A stretch of 64,000 bases of DNA from Squalus acanthias (lineage: Eukaryota): contig CM059452.1 of NCBI GenBank assembly GCA_030390025.1, positions 7,936,001 to 8,000,000 on the forward strand, given 5' to 3'. A program made the position numbers and the translations under genes. The notes under the pieces are model-generated. The model saw only the letters and a list, made by a program, of their open reading frames with translations, was not told where the DNA came from and searched no databases. This document shows, piece after piece, positions 37,890 through 50,855 of the stretch. The number at the start of each line of letters is the position of its first letter. The stretch's first letter is position 1.

Positions 37890-38447
37890 GAATGAAAGTG
37901 AGAGTGAGTGCCCTTGATATCAAGGCAGCATTTGACCGAGTGTGGCATCAAGGAGCCCTAGTAAAAGGGAAGTCAATGGGAATCAGGGTGAAAACTCTCC
38001 ACTGGCTAGAGTCATACCTAGCACAAAGGAAGATGGTTGTGGTGGTTGAAGGTCAATCATCAAAGCCCCAGGACATCGCTGCAGGAGTTCCTCAGGGCAG
38101 TGTCCAAGGCCCAACCATCTCCAGCTGCTTCATCAATGACCTTCCCTCCAACATAAGGTCAGAAATGGGGATGTTCGCTGATGACTGCACAGTGTTCAGT
38201 GCCATTCGCAACTCCTCAGATAATGAAGCAGTCCATGCCCGCATGCAACAAGACCAGGCAATGACTATCTCCAACAAGCGACAGTCTAACCACCGCCCCT
38301 TGACATTCAATGGCATTACCATCGCCGAATCCCCCACCATCAATATCCTGGGGGGGTGGTGGGGGGTCACCGTTGACCATAAACTGGACCAGCCACATAA
38401 ATACTGTGGCAACAAGAGCAGGTCAGAGGCTGGGTATTCTGTGGCGA
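37890..38447 (+). mobile_element. Non-LTR RT fragment, same family as 22350-23990
   Basis: LDIKAAFDRVWH, GVPQGSVQGP, MFADD. Confidence 0.88.
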
Positions 38448-40955
38448 GTTATCATGAGTGATTTTAATCTACATATAGATTGGGCTAACCAAATTAGTAA
38501 CAATACCGTGGAGGAGGAATTCCTAGAGTGTATACAGGATGGTTTCCTGGACCAATATGTCGAGGAACCAACTAGAGACCAGGCCATCTTAGACTGGGTA
38601 TTATGTAATGAGAAAGGATTTATTTGCAATCTTGTTGTACGAGGTCCCTTGGGGAGGAGCGATCATAATATGATAGAATTCTTCATTAAGATGGAGAGTG
38701 AATTAGTTGACTCAGAGACTAGGGACCTGAATTTAAATAAAGGAAACTACGATGATATGAGGCGCGGGTTGGCTAGGATGGATTGGGGGACGTTACTTAA
38801 AGGGTTGACGGTGGATAGGCAATGGCAAACATTTAAAGATTGCATGGATGAACTACAGAATTTGTTCATCCCTGTTTGGCATAAAAATAAAACAAAAAAG
38901 TTGACTCAACCGTGGCTAACAAGGGAAATTAGGGATAGCATAAAATCCAAAGAGATGACATATAAATTGGCCAGAAAAAGCAGCAAACCTCAGGTTTGGG
39001 AGCAGTTTAGGATTCAGCAAAGGAGGACAAACGGATTTATTAAGAGGGCGAAAATAGAGTATGAGAGTAAGCTTGCAGGGAACATAAAAACTGACTGTAA
39101 AAGCTTCTATATATATGTAAAGAGAAAAAGATTGGTGAAGTCAAGCATAGGTCCCTTGCAGTCAGAATCAGGGGAATTTATAATGGGGAACAAAGAAATG
39201 GCTGACCAATTAAATACATACTTTGGCTCTGTCTTCACAAAGGAGGACACAAATAACCTCCCAGAGATGTCGGGGAAGATAGATTCCAATGAGACGGAGG
39301 AACTGAATGAAATCAGTATTTGTAGGGAAATGGTGTTAGGGAATTAGACGGGATTGAAGGCCGATAAATCCCCAGGGCCTGATAATCTACATCCTAGGGT
39401 ACTTAAGGAAGTGGCCCTAGAAATAGTAGATGCATTGCTGGTCATCTTCCAAAATTCTATAGACTCTGGCACGGTTCCCATGGATTGGAGGGTAGCTAAT
39501 GTAACCCCACTATTTAAAAAAGGTGGTAGAGAGAAAACGGGGAATTATAGACCGGTAAGCCTGACATCGGTAGTGGGGAAAATGCTAGAGTCCATTATAA
39601 AAGATGTAATAGCAGAACACTTGGAAAACAGCAACAGGATCGGACAAAGTCAACATGGATTTACAAAAGGTAAGTCATGCTTGACTAATCTACTGGAATT
39701 TTTTGAGGATGTGACTGGTAGAATAGATAAGGGAGAACCAGTGGATGTGGTGTATTTGGACTTTCAGAAGGTTTTCGATAAGCTCCCGCATAAGAGATTA
39801 GCGTGCAAAGTTAAAGCACATGGGATTGGGGGTAAGGTACTAACTTGGATAGAGAACTGGTTGGCAGACAGGAAGCAAAGAGTTGGAATAAACGGGTCTT
39901 TTTTCCGAGTGGCAGGCATTGACTAGTGGGGTACCGCTGGGATCGGTGCTAGGACCCCAGCTATTCACAATATATATTAATGATCTAGACGAGGGAACTA
40001 GATGTAATATCTCCAAGTTTGCAGACGACACAAAGCTGGGTGGGCGTGTGTGCTGTGAGGAGGATGCAGAGAAACTCCAGTATGATTTGGACAGGTTGGG
40101 TGATTGGGCAGATGCATGGCAGATGCAGTATAATGTGGATAAATGCGAGGTTATCCACTTTGGTGGCAAAAACAGGAAGGCAGATTATTATCTGAACGGC
40201 AATAGATTGGGAAAAGGGGAAGTGCAACGAGACCTGGGTGTCCTTGTGCACCAGTCGCTGAAGGTAAGCATGCAGGTGCAGCAGGCGGTTAAGAAGGCAA
40301 ATGGTATGTTTACCTTCATAGCGAGAGGATTCGAGTACAGGAGCAAGGATGTCTTGCTGCAGTTGTACAGGGCCTTGGTGAGACCACACCTTGAGTATTG
40401 TGTGCAGTTTTGGTCGCCTTATCTGAGGAAGGATGTTCTTGTCATGGAGGGAGTGCAGCGAAGATTCACCAGACTGATACCTGGGATGGCATGAATGATG
40501 TATGAAGGGAGATTGGGTCGATTAGGCTTATATTCGCTCGAGTTTCGAAGAATGAGAGGGGATCTCATTGAAACTTATAAAATTCTAACAGGACTAGACA
40601 GACTAGATGCAGGAAGGATGTTCCCGATGGCGGGGGAGTCCAGAACAAGAGGTCACAGTCTAAGGATAAGGGGTAAGCCATTTAGGACTGAGATGAGGAG
40701 GAATTTCTTCACCCAGAGAGTGGTGAACCTGTGGAATTCTCTACCACAGAAGGCAGTTGAGGCCAATTCATTAAATATATTCAAGAAGGAGATCGATATA
40801 TTTCTTAAGGCTAAAGGGATCAAGGGATATGGGGAGAAAGCAGGGACAGGGTACTGAATTTGGATGATCAGCCATGCTCTCATTAAATGGCGGAGCAGGC
40901 TCGAGGGGCCGAATGGCCTACTCCTGCTCCCATCTTCTATGCTTCTATGCTTCTA
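38448..40955 (+). mobile_element. 5'-truncated CR1 LINE (end of endonuclease, RT, 3' UTR)
   Basis: DFNLHIDW...SDHN, KSPGPD, NYRPVSL, LDFQK, KFADD, RPHLEYC; a few stops and frameshifts; TCTATGCT repeat tail. Confidence 0.93.
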
Positions 40956-40996
40956 AAATGATCTGCTGTTTTCTGTCTAATTCTAAACCAGGCACC

Positions 40997-41467
40997 ATGT
41001 GCTCCCCGTGTTCCATACTGATAATAATGGTCGTGCTGTCCAGTGAGTACATATGTAAATGGTCATTGTGTGTTTCACGGATTATCCTTACTCCCAGACT
41101 TTTGACACATTCTGTGTTTTGTTACAGGAACGAGTGGCAAAAAATCAGTGTCCCAGGATCCGTCTGAATTAATGGTTCAGGAAGGAAAAAGCATAATATT
41201 GAACTGCAGTTACTCGGCAGCTGCTCCAACTCTGTTTGGGTACATCCAGTATCCCGGGAAGCTCCGAGATATTTACTGAGGATATATAGCTCGGGGACGG
41301 TAGACCAGTCTCCAGATTTCCCAGCCCGGTTTTCTGCTGTTTTGCACAGAGACAGCAAAACGGTCCCTTTAAATATCACCGCGGTTCTTGTCACCGACAC
41401 CGCCGTGTATTTCTGTGCCATGAGCCCCACACTGCTGCAGAGATATAGCGGATCCCGTACAAAAACC
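40997..41467 (+). pseudogene. TCR alpha/delta V pseudogene (leader 40997-41042, exon 41128-41427, RSS 41428-41467)
   Basis: LNCSYS...LFGYIQYPG (Trp to Gly) then a -1 frameshift; ends DTAVYFCAMS; RSS CACACTG-24-ACAAAAACC. Confidence 0.88.
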
Positions 41468-41719
41468 CACACTGAGAGTTCCAGTTAGTGATCACCAGAG
41501 GGCGCTCTCACATCGATAACCAGCAGCGATAATTCAGCCTCCACAGTGAGAGTCACAGGTACCTACTTAACAGAGCGACATTTCACAACACTCAACAAGA
41601 ACAGGTCAGGTCCACTTGGGGATCTTTTAGGTGATTTCAACTCGTATTTAGAATAAACATGAACTTTACAAATCATGTTTGTGGCGCCTTAACTCCCCTT
41701 TTGTCCTTTCTCTATTGTG

Positions 41720-42230
41720 TACATTTCTGGGCACCACACGTTAGGATAATGTCAAGGCCCTGGAGAGGGAACAGAGGAGGTTTACCAGGATGATACCAGG
41801 GATGAGGGACTTCAGTTATGTGGAGATATTGGAGAAGCCGGGATTGTTCTCCTAAGAGCAGAGAAGGTTAAGGGGAGACCTAATAGAATTATTCAAAATT
41901 ATGAGGGGTTTTGACAGAGCAAATAGGGAGAAACTATTTCCTCTGGCAAGTGGGTTGATAACCAAAGGGAATAGATTTAAAATAATGGGCAAGAGAACTA
42001 GAGTGGAAATGAGGAGACATTTCTTCACAAAGAGAGTTGTTAAGATCTGAAAGGCAATGCCTGAAAGGGTGGTGGAATCAGATTTCATGGGAACTTTCAA
42101 AAGGCAATTGGACATGTACTTGAAGAGGACTAATTTGCAGGGTTATGGAGAAAAAGCTGGGATATGGGACTAAACAGGCACGACGGGCCGAATACCCCCT
42201 TCTGTGCTGTAAGATTCTATGAATCTATGA
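41720..42230 (+). mobile_element. CR1 LINE 3' fragment
   Basis: ALEREQRRFTRMIPG...RRLRGDLIE type sequence; TCTATGAA tail. Confidence 0.8.
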
Positions 42231-42780
42231 AGCCCCTTCCGTGCCTGCCTGCAATATTGTGCAGCCCTTTACACATCTCCCCTGTCAGAGTCCCGGACCC
42301 ATTGATCGCGGCCTGTACACAGAGTTTATTTGATCAGAGTATGTTGCTGGGTCAGAGACAGTTTATACACAATGAACAGCTTTCACAAGGTAGTGATTGT
42401 GCTCTTTAAAACAGGCCCCAAGCACAGAGTTCCCCCAATGTCCATTGCCCTTCAAAATGTCTCTTTAATGCTGGAATATTTTCCGTCACCATTAACAATC
42501 CCTCAGCTTCCCGGTTCCATTAACCAGACAAGAGTTTCATTCCCACCCCCGGTCTCTAAAAGCGGAACCATTCCCCCAAAAGGACACTGACTGTAGCCCA
42601 GCTCGGGGTGTTTCCATTCACTGGCAGCCAGCTCACCACCTACCGGTCTCACAGCACCACTGGGGACACCAGGAAGTGAGGTGAGAGCATCCTGAGACAC
42701 GACAGCAGATTATTGAGGGCGGGGATTAGAACGGGTGTCTTCAAATATCCAACCCCCCTTTTACAGAGCGGACAGCGACA

Positions 42781-43295
42781 ATGCGGCTACTCAGCATCTG
42801 GGCTGTGTGGGGGACATTTCTGACAGGTAATTGTGGACCAAACACATTTCATCTTTTCTATCATTTCTAAACATGGTTTGACTCTGAATTTTAAACACCC
42901 GCCGGTCTGATCTTTTCCAGTTTGAACATGTTTTTCAGATCTGAGTCTTGGAGATTCTGTCACTCAGCCGCTGTCCTCAGGAGTTAAGACAGAAGGAGAA
43001 GCGGTGACTGTAAACTGTAGCTACGACACAAAATGGAGCACCTTTAATTATTTATATTGGTACCGGAACCACCCAGACACACAGCCCGAGTTTATACTGT
43101 GGAAGGATCATGATGGTGTTGATGGTGTTGAGCATAAAGCAGATTTTGGTAAAACCCGTTTCTCTGCAGAAATCCAGACCTGGACTAAATTCACCAGTTT
43201 AACCATCTCGGGGCTGCAGCTGACCGACACTGCAGTTTATTACTGCGCCCTGAGACCACACTGATGGAAACCAGTTAAACCCTGGTACAGAAACT
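42781..43295 (+). CDS. TCR alpha/delta V, intact (leader 42781-42826, exon 42939-43256, 23-RSS 43257-43295)
   Basis: MRLLSIWAVWGTFLT / DSVTQP...VNCSY...YLYWYRNHP...DTAVYYCALR; CACACTG-23-ACAGAAACT. Confidence 0.93.
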
Positions 43296-44007
43296 CCCGC
43301 CGCTTTGTAGATCAGAGGCTCCGCCTGCTGAAGCCGGATATAAGGCTCACTTTGTGCTGTTTGCGGTTCCGGCCATCCTGAGAACTGTTCCCAAAGTCTC
43401 TCATTTGTCGGTTGGGTTCAGTCTGTGCAGTTTCCGCGTTGTTTTCCCTGTTACTCACTGGGAACTGTCTCTCCTGAATCACTGCCACCTTCATCTTCAG
43501 ACTATTGACTGTTGCTCTTTTGCCTGTTTTCTGGACAGTTTTCTCTGAGTTTGCGCACCAGCTGGGGAATGGGAGTCTCGCGGGGTCAGAGTTCAGCCGA
43601 GACTTCTTTGTTCTGAAGGTGTTTTGACTCCTCAATGGTTTATTACATCGTCACTGAATGTGTTCCCTCCGTTCAGTTCATTTCCTGCCGACTGGAGCGC
43701 CAGGTCTGAGTGCGATTCTGACACTGAATGAGAACTGGTTTATATTTGTTTCACTAAGTTTGAAAGTTGAGGTGCCCATTACATGAACAGGGATTGGAAG
43801 CACCGTCCCATCGAATACCTTATTATCAAATTAGCAACACGATTATTTTTATTAATAATAAACATGATGTTTCCTGTTCTGTACTGTTAGTTGGATAGCG
43901 ATTGATTTATCAGTTTTTACACGGACACTCTCCTGTGAGAAGTACTGACAGTCCCCGTTTCTCCCCACACTGCCCGCTATCCAGTTGTCCTTGTCACATT
44001 CCGGCAG

Positions 44008-44577
44008 TGTGTTTGTACGGGGCTCCCTCTGGTTCCTGTCACTGTGTCTCTCAGCCCGCAGTGATACACCGCGCTGTCAGACAGCCGTAGGCCGCGGATG
44101 GTGAAATTCCCCTCACTTTCTGAAATGTCGTGAAATGCGGAAATTCGAGCCCCCGCGTCCTCTGCTTTGAAAACATCTCCCGAAGAAGGACTGTAGATCA
44201 GCAATGTTGGCCCTTTGTCGCGGTCCTGACGGTACAGTTGTAAGGAATGTGAAGGAGCAGTGGTCGAATAGCTGTAATTACTGGTCACCGAGTCTCCTTC
44301 AAACTGTATCGCTGCAAGCGGCCCCTGTGAGACCGAGTCCGCACAACTAACACCTACAGAAATATAGAAATACACAACTTTAAACTTTTCTTATCATTTT
44401 ATTATAACTGATAGCATCAAGGTGACGGAATATACAGGAAATAGAGGGAAAATACAGTTAAAAGGAAGATTCTCTATGGCAGTGATACGTGCAAGAGGGA
44501 AGATTGTGTAACTTGTAAACTTTACCAGTTAAGAGAGCCGCAGCTGTGACGAATGAATAAAAAGTAACTCCTAACAT
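44008..44577 (-). CDS. TCR alpha/delta-type V, open frame but lacking Cys23 and Trp41 (leader 44577-44526, exon 44353-44047, RSS 44046-44008)
   Basis: MLGVTFYSFVTAAALLT / DSVSQGP...VTSNYSYS...LQLYRQ...DSAVYHCGLR; CACAGTG-23-ACAAACACA. Confidence 0.8.
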
Positions 44578-45219
44578 GTTTGCAGAGAGTTGATGACAGA
44601 TTTGAACAGAACGGGTTAAACCTGAAATATTTTAGTCAAGACTTGGGAAGGTGTTGAATGATATCCGGCGTCTCTGCCGATTGGTTCATTCCTGACAGAG
44701 TCAACAGGTGAGATCCAAGCAGCTCACAGCTCCTTTTTACTCCAATTCTTCCAATCAACTCACAGCTACTTTGTTCTCCAATTCATCCAATCAGCTCATA
44801 GCTCCTTTGTTCGTCACTTCATGACGTCTGTGGTCAAAATGCTCTTGCTTACTGAACAAGCGACTGGGAAGAAATAGAGTGAGTGCGTAATTAAGGGATT
44901 ATACCGCATCAGAAATAATGAGCGGCTTTAATCAGCTATAATCTTGATCTTTGAGAGCCAATAGCTGGCAATCGTGTTTTTATACATGACCAAAAACCTT
45001 AAATCTCCTCAATGACCTCATTCTAAGGCTTAGGTAATACAATGCGCCAGCAGAGGGCGCCAAACTCAAGAATGATAATTAAAAAGTCATGTGATGCAAA
45101 CGCCAAGGCCAACAGCAATCGAAGCCTGAATGAGGTCACAATGGGGACGCCCCCTGCAGTGTGTGGGTGGAACAATGAGCTGAACAGCCCGGGTTACCGC
45201 TCTCCTTCTCAATCTCTGC

Positions 45220-45607
45220 CTCATTGAAGCATACAAAATTATTACAGGGCTTGATAGGGTGGATGCTGGGAGAATGTTTCACTTGGCTGGGGACTCTAGA
45301 ACCACGGGCCACAGCCTCAGGATAAAGGTTAGACCATTCAGGACTGAGATGAGAAGAAATTTTTTCACACAGAGGGTGGTGAATCTTTGGAATTCTCTAC
45401 CCCAGAGGGCTGTGGTGGTTGGAGTCATTGGGTATATTCAAAACAAAGGTCGATAGATTTCTGACTAGTAAGGGCATCAAAGAATATGGCGATAAGGCCG
45501 GTGAATGGAATTGAGGCAGAAGATCAGTCATGATCTCATTGAATGGCGGAGCAGGCTCGAAGGGCCGAATGGCCTACTCCAGCTGCTATTGCTTATGTTC
45601 TTATGTT
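45220..45607 (+). mobile_element. CR1 LINE 3' fragment
   Basis: GHSLRIKVRPFRTEMRRNFFTQRVV; TTATGTTC tail. Confidence 0.85.
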
Positions 45608-45867
45608 CATTCAATTCCAAGTCACTGTGAGAGATTCAGTCAATTTCTAATAATACTGGCGGCTGTGTTGAACAGTAAGTATTGGATTATATTTAAAACA
45701 CAGGTTAGCTGGTTGATGCAAAGAGCGTGTGCAGGGATTTAGTGCAATTACCGATCAGAAATGTCCACATGATGGACAGCTGTGTAGATGGAGGGTTACA
45801 CACTCTCATGCAGATAGACACATGTTTCGATTTAATCTTCTGCTCTTCTGTTCCCCTATCTTCACAG

Positions 45868-46167
45868 GCTGGCTGTGTGCAGATCCAGTAACTCAGTCTC
45901 CGGTGACAATTGCCGTGTCAACAGGGGGTTCGGTGCAGTTAGATTGTGAAAATAAAAGCCCGGATATTGACTACATGCAATGATATCGGCAGAAATCGGC
46001 ACAGCCACCAAGCTGAATAATTAGCAAAGTGGTAGCACTGAAGGGAGACGAAATCTGAGGACAATATCTGGCAGCTGCTAATCCGTCTAGAAAGTACGGT
46101 TACCTCAATATAAGCAGCCTGAGTGTGGAGGACGGAGCGGTCTATTACTGTGCAGTGAGGCACAGCG
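45868..46167 (+). pseudogene. TCR V pseudogene
   Basis: DPVTQSP...VQLDC...MQ*YRQK (TGA at Trp), further stops, ends VYYCAVR; heptamer CACAGCG at 46161, nonamer decayed. Confidence 0.85.
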
Positions 46168-46519
46168 TCAGATACCTGAACACATGAATATCAATAGGTT
46201 GATCCGAAGTGAAGAAAACCATCAGAATCCACCTTGACTCAACACTGAACACTGTTTGGGGAAACTCGACAAACTCCCTCAGTGAATAAAAGCGGATGAG
46301 TTAAGGTGAGATTACAGGCGAATGGCAGACAGACAAGCCCGTCGGTGTCAATGACGGACATAGACAGACACACGAGTCTTAAACCCACATACAGTTTGGA
46401 GTTTTCCCTTCACATCACAAGAGGTGAAGGTGAGGAACTGATCCCGTTAGAAGGTGCTGAAGGTTAATTAAAGGATGTTTATTCAGTCGATCCCAGCGCC
46501 ATCCCGTGAGCAGCCCCTG

Positions 46520-46744
46520 AGCTGTGGGGATATATATTTATGTTCAACTGCCCTGATTTGCTTCACAGGTAAGTGTTGGGGGTGACGGGCTGATTCTGGG
46601 CGGTAAACACAGTGAAGTGACGTTGTTTAATTTAATATCGCTCTGGGCTCTTGCGGGACATGGGCGAGGAGACTCCGGTTCACAGACACCGGCTGCAACC
46701 ACAGTAAATGAAGGAGACGATGTTCAGTTGTATTGTAATTATAC
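46520..46744 (+). pseudogene. TCR V (paralog of 58411-58878), splice acceptor mutated, cut off by gap
   Basis: TTGCGG replaces TTGCAG at 46651-46656; GDSGSQTPAATTVNEGDDVQLYCNY is followed by N. Confidence 0.75.
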
Positions 46745-46928
46745 NNNNNNNNNNNNNNNNNNNNNNNNNNNNNNNNNNNNNNNNNNNNNNNNNNNNNNNN
46801 NNNNNNNNNNNNNNNNNNNNNNNNNNNNNNNNNNNNNNNNNNNNNNNNNNNNNNNNNNNNNNNNNNNNNNNNNNNNNNNNNNNNNNNNNNNNNNNNNNNN
46901 NNNNNNNNNNNNNNNNNNNNNNNNNNNN
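46745..46928. other. Assembly gap
   Basis: Run of N. Confidence 1.
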
Positions 46929-49289
46929 GTGAAAGTCTTTCCTAGAGGTAACCAGGCTGATGACTGAGAGACAGATGGACAGCGGCCTGTCTGGGCCTCG
47001 GTCGCTTGTTCTCCCTGAGCAGGGGACCAGTTTGTATCAGGGTTACCACAGTGCGGAGACACAGAGAAAGGAATCACTGGACACCGGGAAATGCAGGAAG
47101 AAAAATATACTGACTTTCTGGAGCCTGTGCACAAAGGTCACGGGCATCTGGCACCAGTAGAACTGAAAGGAAATGAAAGTCAGTTGTTGTGAATGTGGGT
47201 TGTGAGTTGGTTTTTTTTTCAGATCAGGAAGGGTTAAATCTGCGAGCGCAAGCTGTCAATTTCCGAGCTCGAATTCATCTGATTAATGTTTCTGTCGCTG
47301 CAAGTGTTGATGTAAAAGGCTCTACATTCGCCATCAGCATCACCGCAACACATCTCGCTATAAATGGGCACTGGAAACTGCCCACAGATACAGTGACTGT
47401 CTGTTTTCACCCAGGATCTCAAAAGTGTAAAAGTTCCCATTATATCCGCCAGAGGGCGCCGTGCTCATATGTTTCTCGCTGCTTCCTCCGCACTCAGTCC
47501 CATGTTATTCATGATATATCGAAAACCATCAACATTTCAAACCTGTTTATATTTGTGTTGTGTTCCTGGTGTTCAGTAAAATACCTCCCCTCCCTCTTGT
47601 TCTGTCTTGCTTTCACCGTCACAATCTCTCTCCACCACGCTTATGAATGATTTCCTTATACTGCAAATCTTAAAGCAACTGCTAAGTGACATTTTTGGTA
47701 GTTTTGTAAAGCTGCAGTTTGAAAAAAAATCTCTTATATTTTAAAAATGTAATGGACGACACACTCAGAGGGACAATTTTGTAACCCGAGTGAGGAGTTT
47801 CTCCCGTGTCACTAAACACTGTTGGACAGCCTGGAGAGATTTATGTTGGACATCTTGGGGAGTGACGGGTTAACAGTTTAACTTCTTTGTATCTTGAATT
47901 AACAAGCTTCCAGGCTTTCAAGATATAAACAGGATACTTTGAAGAGTCGTAAAAAGAATGCACTGCTTTGTTTCTGAGATGTAAAGTGCTTGTGTAAGGG
48001 AATAAGTGATAGTAATGACGTCACCCATGAGTGGTTTAGTTTTAGGGTAATAAACATGGTTAGATGGATCCATTAGCTACAGAGAGCAGTTGGTACAGTA
48101 TTTACTTCAAAGATGCTAGCAAATCTTCTGTCAGGAAGTCTTGTTTAAGGGATGTAGTTATGAATTAAACAAACAACAAACTGTTTAGATGAATATTCCG
48201 TTTTCAAAGGGTCTGGGAATAGATACGTCATACAGGCTTATCTATGACATTCTCCTTTGATGTAGTCAAAATATGGTGTATAAAGGATCATGGTTTTCAA
48301 CAGTATCTCAGCGTGTACTCGAAAGATACTGAAACCGAAACAGTCACTCTCTGTATACAGTTAAAGACCGATCACCTTCACTGTGCAGCAATAAGGTCTG
48401 TTCCGTGTACTCCACTACGGAGTCTCGTGCTTACTCGAAGCGTGTTGCTGTGAACCACAGGAGAAAGGAGGTTGACTGCTAACAGCCACCATTTCCCTCC
48501 CCGTGTGATTAATTTCCGCGCCTCCTGTTAGTTTAGCAGACTTTAATCTAACGGGTTCAGCAGATATTTAGGAAGGGGCTCCTATTCCCCTCCAGCTATT
48601 GCCAACACAGTCCGAAGATGGCGGTTAGATATTATCTCGAAATGATAATATATCGGTTTGAATGTAGATGAAGATGTTAAGTTTATTTCACTCACTGTCA
48701 GTAATCAGACTGAGGTGGTTAACGGGGCTCGGGTTTGATTAATCTTCTGATGGGGACACACAAGGGGAAGATTTCCTCTGGTCTCTCTGTGGAATTCTCC
48801 TCTGAAAGTTGTTTTAACGAAATCGCAATCTCATTCTTTTAGAATGCGTTCATTATTTCGTTAGAAATAGCGACCAGAGGAAATCTCAACCACAGTGTCG
48901 ACACCTCGGTGTAAACACGAATGTTACAGGAGAATGAAGTTAATGCTCTCGATGAGTCGTCACACACCAGCATAAAATAAACACTCAGTGTGACCGATTC
49001 GGCCCCGGTGAATATAATCCCACAATTAAGCAATGCTGAAGTTTTCCTCAGACCAAGGAATGCCCTCACTGAGTGACGGCTCCACAGGCCGATACTTTAT
49101 GCTGTGACTGTCAGTATCTCTGATCAAACCCGCTATCAACTGGAAATTATAGAGACAACCTTGCGGTAACACTGCCTGCGGCAGCCCCGCCCACAGCTTC
49201 CGTTCGCTGCTCTCGCTCTGACGCGCCTTGCCAGCCCTGTGTTTTTGGAGAGATTGCTGCAGCTGTTACGGGACTGTAAACAGGAGGGA

Positions 49290-49759
49290 GGTTTTTGTAC
49301 AGTGACTGCCGCGTTTCCTCTCAGTGTGCGGCTCTATCGCACAGTAATACACCGCGGTATCCGCGCTCTCCGTGCTCTCAATGACCAATTGGCCGCGTTT
49401 GTCCGCAGTGGAAAGATCCAATTCAAATCGGTCCCTTCTCTCTTTGCCAGCCGATATTCGCTTTATTACCCACTCCAGTCCCTGACTGGATTTCTGTTTG
49501 TACCAGTGCATGGCGTCAATGCTGGACATGTCATAGCTGCAGTTTATCTGCACCGAATCCCCGCTCCGGACTGTTATCGCAGCGGGAGACTGCAGCACTC
49601 GGTCCGAGAAACATCGACCTGTAAAAACATTCAGATAATAAAACACTGGAGCAACGTGAATAAAACAAACACTGCGGGTTATTGAGCACAGCTCCTGTAC
49701 CTACATGTTAGCAGCACCAGAATAACGAGTGATACATTCACTTGTACCGAGTAATACAT
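49290..49759 (-). CDS. TCR alpha/delta V, intact (leader 49759-49705, exon 49618-49329, 23-RSS 49328-49290)
   Basis: MYYSVQVNVSLVILVLLT / DRVLQSP...INCSY...MHWYKQ...GLEWV...DTAVYYCAIE; CACACTG-23-ACAAAAACC. Confidence 0.92.
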
Positions 49760-50260
49760 CCTTGTAATTACAATGTCAAGAGGAAAGCGGCAGACAGCTC
49801 GCATCAGAAGACCCCGAACCGAGTGAAGACATTGAACAGGCGGCTGATTAAAGTCAGCGCCGCCCAGTTAAAGTCTCAGTCACGTGGGTTTGCTGCTCTT
49901 GGATTGGCTGGAAATAGACATTGTTCACCCGCGGTTCACATCCGGACATGTCAGTGGTCCAATGACCAGCAAGTTCCTCTCCTCCTTGTGGAGGGAAGTG
50001 AGGTGAACCCATCCCTTTGTGATAGTGACTCTCTAAAGGGACATTCCTGGCGCTGGGTGTTTGTAACCAAGTCAAACTCTATATAACCCTTTCCTTACAG
50101 AATGGATGGAGGCTCTGGAACTGTACCTCACAAAGGAGTCAACACATCCAGGACAGTCTGATAAACCCTTTCCTTACAGAATGTATGGAGGCTCTGGAAC
50201 TGTACCCCACAGCAGCAACAGCTGATATCCAGCCTTTCTCTTACAGAGCGGACAGCAGCA

Positions 50261-50306
50261 ATGCAGCTACTCAGCATCTGGATTGTGTGTGAGGCATTTC
50301 TAACAG
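50261..50306 (+). pseudogene. Orphan V leader (paralog of the 42781 leader), donor lost, no V exon
   Basis: MQLLSIWIVCEAFLT, preceded by the same TTACAGAGCGGACAGC 5' UTR. Confidence 0.7.
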
Positions 50307-50429
50307 CCGAGCTGGTCTGCTGTCTGTGTCCTTATAGGAGAATGGTCCCACATTTAGAGTCCAGGCTGGGAATGAAACCCATGTCTAGGTCTTGTAACCG
50401 GGAAGCGCAGGATTATTAATGGGTTTGGT

Positions 50430-50855
50430 TAACATAAGAACATAAGAATTAGGAGCAGGAGTCGGCCATACGGCCCCTCGAGCCTGCTCCACCATTCAAT
50501 AAGATCATGGCTGATCTTCGACCTCAACTCCACTTTCCCGCCCGATCCCCATAACCCGTGATTCCCCTAGAGTCCAAAAATCTATCTATCTCAACCTTGA
50601 ATATGCTCAAAGACTCAACATTCACAGCCCTCTGGGGCAGAGAATTCCAAAGATTCACAACCCTCTGAGTGAAGAAATTCCTCCTCATCTCAGTCTTAAA
50701 TGGCCGACCTCTTATCCTGAGACTATACTTCCCAGTTCTAGACACTCCAGCCGAGGGAAACAACCTCTCAGCATCTACCCTGTCAATCCCCTTTGCAATC
50801 TTATATGTTTCAATCAGATCACCTCTCGTTCTTCTAAACTTCAGAGAGTATAGAT
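50430..50855 (-). mobile_element. CR1 LINE 3' fragment
   Basis: ORF 50524-50763: SLRIRGRPFKTEMRRNFFTQRVV. Confidence 0.87.

Noticed and set aside
41542-41548. Perfect CACAGTG downstream of the V RSS (copies near 37686 and 52199) as a D-segment RSS
   Set aside because: No nonamer at 12 or 23 nt spacing.
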